Below, piece by piece: positions 35,915 to 40,000 of a stretch of DNA of 40,000 nucleotides (position 1 is its first letter; every line of letters begins with the position of its first letter). The notes beneath the pieces are model-generated. The model was given only the letters and a program-made list of their open reading frames with translations. It did no database searches and was not told where the DNA came from. The position numbers were made by a program, and so were the translations under genes. Source of the stretch: an uncultured Acidobacteriota bacterium (lineage in GTDB: Bacteria > Acidobacteriota > Terriglobia > Terriglobales > Acidobacteriaceae); assembly GCA_963808725.1 (NCBI GenBank), contig CAWEGO010000002.1:1481511-1521510 (forward strand), given 5' to 3'.

Positions 35915-37387
35915 CTACTTCCTCTTCCAGCGCATGCCGTCCTTGGTGTCCTCGAGGATGATGCCTGCTTCGGCGAGCTGAGCGCGGATGGCGTCTGAAG
36001 TTTTGAAATCGCGGGCGCGGCGCGCAGTCTCGCGTTTGGCAATCAAGTCCTGGATTGCCTGATCGCTGAGCCCCGGCGACGCCTCGGCTGTGGCCGCCGC
36101 GGTCTTGCCTTCGCTCTTCGCCCATTCCATGATGTGCTCGATCTTGGGCGCGTCCGTATCGCGCAGCACGTCGAAGATCTCGTCGAACCGCTTGAGCACG
36201 GCAAGCAGCGGAGGGATGTCGTCTTGCTTCACCTCGCCGGCATCGGCAGCGGCGTTAACCTCGCGCACCATGTCGAAGACCGCAGCCAGCGCCTCGGCGG
36301 TGTTCAAGTCGTCGGCCAGCGCGGCGGTGAATCGTTCGCCGCCAGTGTGAGCCAGCGCGGCGATCTTGGGATTGGAGCCCGGCGCGAAGTGTCCAGTCTC
36401 AAGGCGCAGTTTGAAGTTGCGCAGCCGCTCCACCGAACTGGCGGCCTGCTTCAGACCATCGAAGGTGAAGTTGAGCTGCCGGCGATAGGGCACGGAGGTG
36501 AGCAGATAGCGGATCGACGACGGCTTGTGGCCCTTCAGCACCAGGTCGCGCAAAGTGTAGAAGTTGCCCAGGCTTTTCGACATCTTCTCGCCCTCCACCA
36601 GCAGGAAGCGCGCGTGCACCCAGAAGCGCGAGAATGGCTTGCCGGTCAAGGCCTCCGACTGCGCGATCTCGTTCTCGTGGTGGGGGAAGATGAGGTCTTC
36701 GCCGCCCAGGTGCATGTCGAGCGTGTCGCCCAGGAACTTGCGCGCCATCACCGAGCACTCGATGTGCCAGCCCGGCCGCCCGGGCCCGATCTCGGTCTCC
36801 CACCACGCCTCGCCCGGCTTGGGAGCTTTCCACAAGGCGAAGTCGCGGGCGTTGTCCTTGTCGTACTCGTCCACGTCCACGCGCGCGCCTGCCTCCATGC
36901 CCGCGAAGTCTTTCTTGGAGAGCTTGCCGTACTCGGGGAACTTGGCGATGCGGAAGTAGTAAGAGCCGTCGTCGGCGCGGTAGGCGTATCCCTTCTGCAC
37001 CAGGCCGGCGATGAACGCGGCCATCTCGGGGATGTTCTCGGTGGCGCGCACGATCAGCTCGGGCGTCTCCAGGCTCAGCGTCTGCATGTCCTCGCGGAAG
37101 GCCTGCTCGTACTTCTTGGTGTACTCGCCAACCGTGACGCCCTGCTGGGCGGCGTTACGGATGATCTTGTCGTCCACGTCGGTGATGTTCATCACGTGCT
37201 TGAGCTTGTAGCCGCTCTGCCCGAGGAAGCGACGCAGGATGTCCACAAAGACGAAGGTGCGGAAGTTGCCCACGTGGCCGTAGTCGTACACCGTGGGCCC
37301 GCAGGAATACATGCGCACGAGGTGATCTTCCTGCGGCTGGAACTCCTCCACCTTGGCGGAAAGCGTGTTGAACAGGCGCAGCGCCAT
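35915..37387 (-). CDS. cysS: cysteine--tRNA ligase
   Basis: 490 aa. Motifs CGPTVYDYGHVGNFR (HIGH-type) and EKMSKSLGN (KMSKS). Confidence 0.97.
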   Translation of the reverse strand: MALRLFNTLSAKVEEFQPQEDHLVRMYSCGPTVYDYGHVGNFRTFVFVDILRRFLGQSGYKLKHVMNITDVDDKIIRNAAQQGVTVGEYTKKYEQAFREDMQTLSLETPELIVRATENIPEMAAFIAGLVQKGYAYRADDGSYYFRIAKFPEYGKLSKKDFAGMEAGARVDVDEYDKDNARDFALWKAPKPGEAWWETEIGPGRPGWHIECSVMARKFLGDTLDMHLGGEDLIFPHHENEIAQSEALTGKPFSRFWVHARFLLVEGEKMSKSLGNFYTLRDLVLKGHKPSSIRYLLTSVPYRRQLNFTFDGLKQAASSVERLRNFKLRLETGHFAPGSNPKIAALAHTGGERFTAALADDLNTAEALAAVFDMVREVNAAADAGEVKQDDIPPLLAVLKRFDEIFDVLRDTDAPKIEHIMEWAKSEGKTAAATAEASPGLSDQAIQDLIAKRETARRARDFKTSDAIRAQLAEAGIILEDTKDGMRWKRK

Positions 37388-37559
37388 CGAGCGTCAGGGC
37401 TGATGCGAGAACTTTCGATTGTAGGGGCGGGCGCGAAAAACCGTCAATCGGGTAAAAACTCTCTCATCAACGCGCATTCAGTGGGAATATTTGCACCCCG
37501 CTTTCGGGAACCGGCATCACACCCTTTGTCCGATAAGCCCAAGCTTAAGGAGGCTGACG

Positions 37560-38084
37560 ATGGCAAAGACCGCTACCGCTCAACTGGAGAAACGCGAAAA
37601 AAACGTTTTGGAAATACCCACTGACCTCAGCCCCAATGGGGTTGCCGAAATTGCACGCGCCCTGCGGCCACTGTTGGCCGACGTGTTCACGCTGTACGTG
37701 AAGACCAAAAATTTCCACTGGCACATGAGCGGACGCCACTTCCGCGACTACCACCTGCTGCTCGATGAGCACGCCACACAGATCTTCGCCATGACCGACG
37801 ACATCGCCGAGCGCGCGCGCAAGATTGGCGCCCCTACACTGCATTCCATCAGCGACATCTCCCGCAACCAGCGTCTGCAAGACAATAATGAAGAGTTCGT
37901 CACTCCGCAGGACATGATGGCGGAGCTTTGTGATGACAACCAGCTCCTGACGCGATCCTTACGGTCGGCCCACGAAGTCTGTGAGCGGCACAACGATGTG
38001 GCCACCGCCAGCATGATCGAAGTCTGGATCGATGAAACCGAGCGCCGGACCTGGTTCTTGTCCGAGGTGCAACGCGACCTCTGA
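37560..38084 (+). CDS. dps: Dps-family DNA-protection/ferritin-like protein
   Basis: AAGGAGG RBS 8 nt before ATG 37560. Motif LYVKTKNFHWHMSGRHFRDYHLLLDEH. Confidence 0.9.
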   Translation: MAKTATAQLEKREKNVLEIPTDLSPNGVAEIARALRPLLADVFTLYVKTKNFHWHMSGRHFRDYHLLLDEHATQIFAMTDDIAERARKIGAPTLHSISDISRNQRLQDNNEEFVTPQDMMAELCDDNQLLTRSLRSAHEVCERHNDVATASMIEVWIDETERRTWFLSEVQRDL

Positions 38085-38163
38085 GGAACCAACGGCGTTT
38101 ACCGCCCGACCGCCCCGTTAACGACCAGCAACCCTGCAAAGCACTTCCTGAAAGGAGAGTCTC

Positions 38164-39021
38164 ATGCCTCACGTTACGGTCGGAAAGGAAAACTCCGGCA
38201 ACATTGATCTCTACTACGAGGATCACGGCTCGGGCAAGCCGGTGGTCCTCATCCACGGATATCCGCTCAGCGGCGCCTCCTGGGAGAAGCAAGTCGCGGC
38301 GCTCCTGGCCGCAGGCCACCGCGTCATCACGTATGACCGCAGAGGGTTTGGCAAATCCAGCCAGCCAACCAGCGGCTACAACTACGACACCTTCGCCGAG
38401 GACCTGCACAAGCTCGTGACCCGCCTCGAACTGCGTGATTTTGCCCTGGTTGGTTTCTCGATGGGTGGCGGCGAGGTAGCCCGCTACCTGGGCAAATACG
38501 GATCGAAGGGCGTGAGCCACGCGGTGATCGTTTCGGGGGTGCCACCGTTCCTGCTGAAGACGCCGGACAACCCTGAGGGCGTGGACAGCAGCATCTTCGA
38601 GGGGATCCAGAAAGCCGTGGCCGCAGACCGTTACGCGTTCTTCACCGAGTTCTTCAAAAACTTCTACAACACCGACCTATTGCTGGGAAAGCGCGTCAGC
38701 GAACAAGCCGTCCAGGCGAGCTGGAACGTCGCCGCCGGCGCCTCGGCCACGGCCAGCCTCGCGTGCGTGCCAACCTGGCATGAGGACTTCCGCCAGGACC
38801 TGGCCCGCATCGACGTGCCCACGCTGGTCCTCCACGGCGATGCCGATCGGATTCTGCCTATTGCTACCTCAGGAAACCGGACTGCCAAGCTGATCAAGGG
38901 AGCTCGCCTGGTGGTAGTAAAGGATGGGCCGCACTGTATCACCTGGACCCATGCCCAGGAAGTTAACACAGAGCTGGTGAACTTCCTCGGACAGAAACTC
39001 GCGCGGCGCGAAGTAGCCTGA
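38164..39021 (+). CDS. alpha/beta hydrolase, non-haem chloroperoxidase / aryl-esterase type
   Basis: [38 protein letters not shown] (nucleophile elbow) and [14 protein letters not shown]. It closely resembles the Pseudomonas fluorescens esterase/CPO family, from memory. Confidence 0.9.
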   Translation: MPHVTVGKENSGNIDLYYEDHGSGKPVVLIHGYPLSGASWEKQVAALLAAGHRVITYDRRGFGKSSQPTSGYNYDTFAEDLHKLVTRLELRDFALVGFSMGGGEVARYLGKYGSKGVSHAVIVSGVPPFLLKTPDNPEGVDSSIFEGIQKAVAADRYAFFTEFFKNFYNTDLLLGKRVSEQAVQASWNVAAGASATASLACVPTWHEDFRQDLARIDVPTLVLHGDADRILPIATSGNRTAKLIKGARLVVVKDGPHCITWTHAQEVNTELVNFLGQKLARREVA

Positions 39022-39053
39022 GCGGCCGTCTCTCCGCGTAAGCTTATTTCATC

Positions 39054-39081
39054 TGGGGTGCCGTCTCAGGCCGGCACCCCA
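39054..39081 (+). terminator. terminator-like hairpin without U-tract
   Basis: TGGGGTGCCG-TCTCAGGC-CGGCACCCCA forms a perfect 10-bp stem 33 nt after the hydrolase stop. No T-run follows. Confidence 0.4.
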
Positions 39082-39160
39082 ACCGTGCATCCACAAGCTC
39101 GGGCTGCCCTCGCGCGCTTCCACTTTGACACGGACGCTAAATAGCTGGGAGGATCGGCAA

Positions 39161-39790
39161 ATGGATCGAGTGAATGATGACGTGCTGGATGTGCTGTTTC
39201 GCAAAGCGCGCACGTACACCGCGTGGCTCCCAAAGCCAGTGCCCGACGAGTTGCTGCGTGAGCTCTACGACATAGCGAAATGGGGCCCTACGAGCGCAAA
39301 TAGCAGTCCGGCCAGGTTCGTGTTCCTGCGTTCAGCGGCTGCGAAGGAGCGGCTCCGCCCGGCCCTCGCCGCTGGCAACGTGGAGAAGACGATGGCCGCG
39401 CCGGTCACCGTGATCGTCGCCTATGATCTGAAGTTCTACGAAAAGTTCCCCAAGCTGTTCCCGCACAACCCCGCCATGCGCGGTCTCTTCGCCAAGAACC
39501 CGCAGCTCGTCGAGGAGACTGCGAAACGGAACTCTTCTCTGCAAGGCGCCTACCTGATGCTTGCCGCACGCGGGCTCGGGCTGGACTGCGGGCCGATGTC
39601 CGGCTTCGATAATGCGAAAGTCGATGAAGAGTTCTTTGCGGCGGGCAAGTGCGAAGACTGCGGCGAGGAATTCTTCCCTATCGGCCACGTGAAGTCGAAT
39701 TTTCTCTGCAACATCGGTTATGGCGACCCAGCGAAGCTGTTCCCGCGCAGCCCGCGCCTCGAATTCAAGGAGGCATGCAGCCTGATGTGA
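39161..39790 (+). CDS. RutE-like nitroreductase-family protein (malonic semialdehyde reductase type)
   Basis: [50 protein letters not shown] and [17 protein letters not shown] are collinear with E. coli RutE as I recall it. An extra [14 protein letters not shown] insert is present. Confidence 0.85.
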   Translation: MDRVNDDVLDVLFRKARTYTAWLPKPVPDELLRELYDIAKWGPTSANSSPARFVFLRSAAAKERLRPALAAGNVEKTMAAPVTVIVAYDLKFYEKFPKLFPHNPAMRGLFAKNPQLVEETAKRNSSLQGAYLMLAARGLGLDCGPMSGFDNAKVDEEFFAAGKCEDCGEEFFPIGHVKSNFLCNIGYGDPAKLFPRSPRLEFKEACSLM

Positions 39791-39841
39791 TGTGCTGGCA
39801 GAAGGCAAAAGCTGAGGATCTAGGCGAGAGATTCTGAATCA

Positions 39842-40000
39842 CTCGTCCTGCATAAATACTCTATGACCGACAAGGAGAGTCCACAGCGCGTTGCCCACAT
39901 CGCCGGAATTTGGGCATGCCGCTGGCTCCGGGGGTAATGATGTCGGCTTGGCCTGTACCGAGTGCGCTCGACTCCAGCACCCAGGCCTTCCCGGTCTTGA
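39842..40000 (-). CDS. 3' end of an unidentified gene running off the window (doubtful frame)
   Basis: The frame ending at stop 39839-39841 reads ...GDVGNALWTLLVGHRVFMQDE*. Upstream of ~39910 the adjacent frame looks more protein-like (KTGKAWVLESSALGTGQADIITPGASGMPKF), so another frame break is possible. It is too short to judge. Confidence 0.25.

Overview
High-GC bacterial chromosomal segment, dominated by housekeeping genes. Gene content and repeat style suggest Acidobacteriota, but that is inference only and nothing was searched. All family calls rest on motif recognition by eye.

Core genes, in order:
- mnmG (5' end outside the window), a DsrE-like gene, an AMMECR1 gene, pgsA and gdhA.
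- A CheY-like regulator and an MBL-fold hydrolase.
- trpE and trpG, separated by an orphan gene.
- A PilZ gene, a FecR-like gene and tonB.
- A large TPR protein, a LOG-family protein and thiE.
- A minus-strand ilvD-ilvB-ilvN-ilvC operon.
- An S41 Ctp-like protein, yraN, galT, cysS, dps, an alpha/beta hydrolase and a RutE-like nitroreductase.

I found no rRNA, tRNA, CRISPR array, integrase or transposase.

Most interesting observations:
1. 19.2-25.0 kb holds a tandem pair of ~805-aa secreted fibre-like paralogues. They share a near-identical N-terminal ~445 aa, have unrelated middles, and end in a more diverged conserved C-terminal module. The duplication junction carries a scrap of the upstream zinc-ribbon ORF. 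The cassette abuts a 5'-truncated radical-SAM/SPASM remnant and sits next to a receiver-PAS protein whose phospho-acceptor Asp is replaced by Ser.
2. A family of intergenic hairpins is built from 3-4 tandem 7-10-nt units opposed to their own complement. There are at least five unit types. They sit at operon junctions (trpE|orf, LOG|thiE, ilvD|ilvB, ilvN|ilvC), and one array lies in frame inside thiE.
3. A lower-GC, translationally coupled pair encodes a very basic 50-aa protein and a PIN-domain protein.
4. The S41 peptidase homologue lacks the Ser/Lys catalytic dyad.
5. 55-bp direct repeats bracket a lower-GC insert that carries a small membrane protein.

Four clear frame disruptions (two in ilvB, one in PilZ, one in the FecR-like gene) and a possible fifth at the 3' edge mean assembly indels must be excluded before any of these is called a pseudogene.
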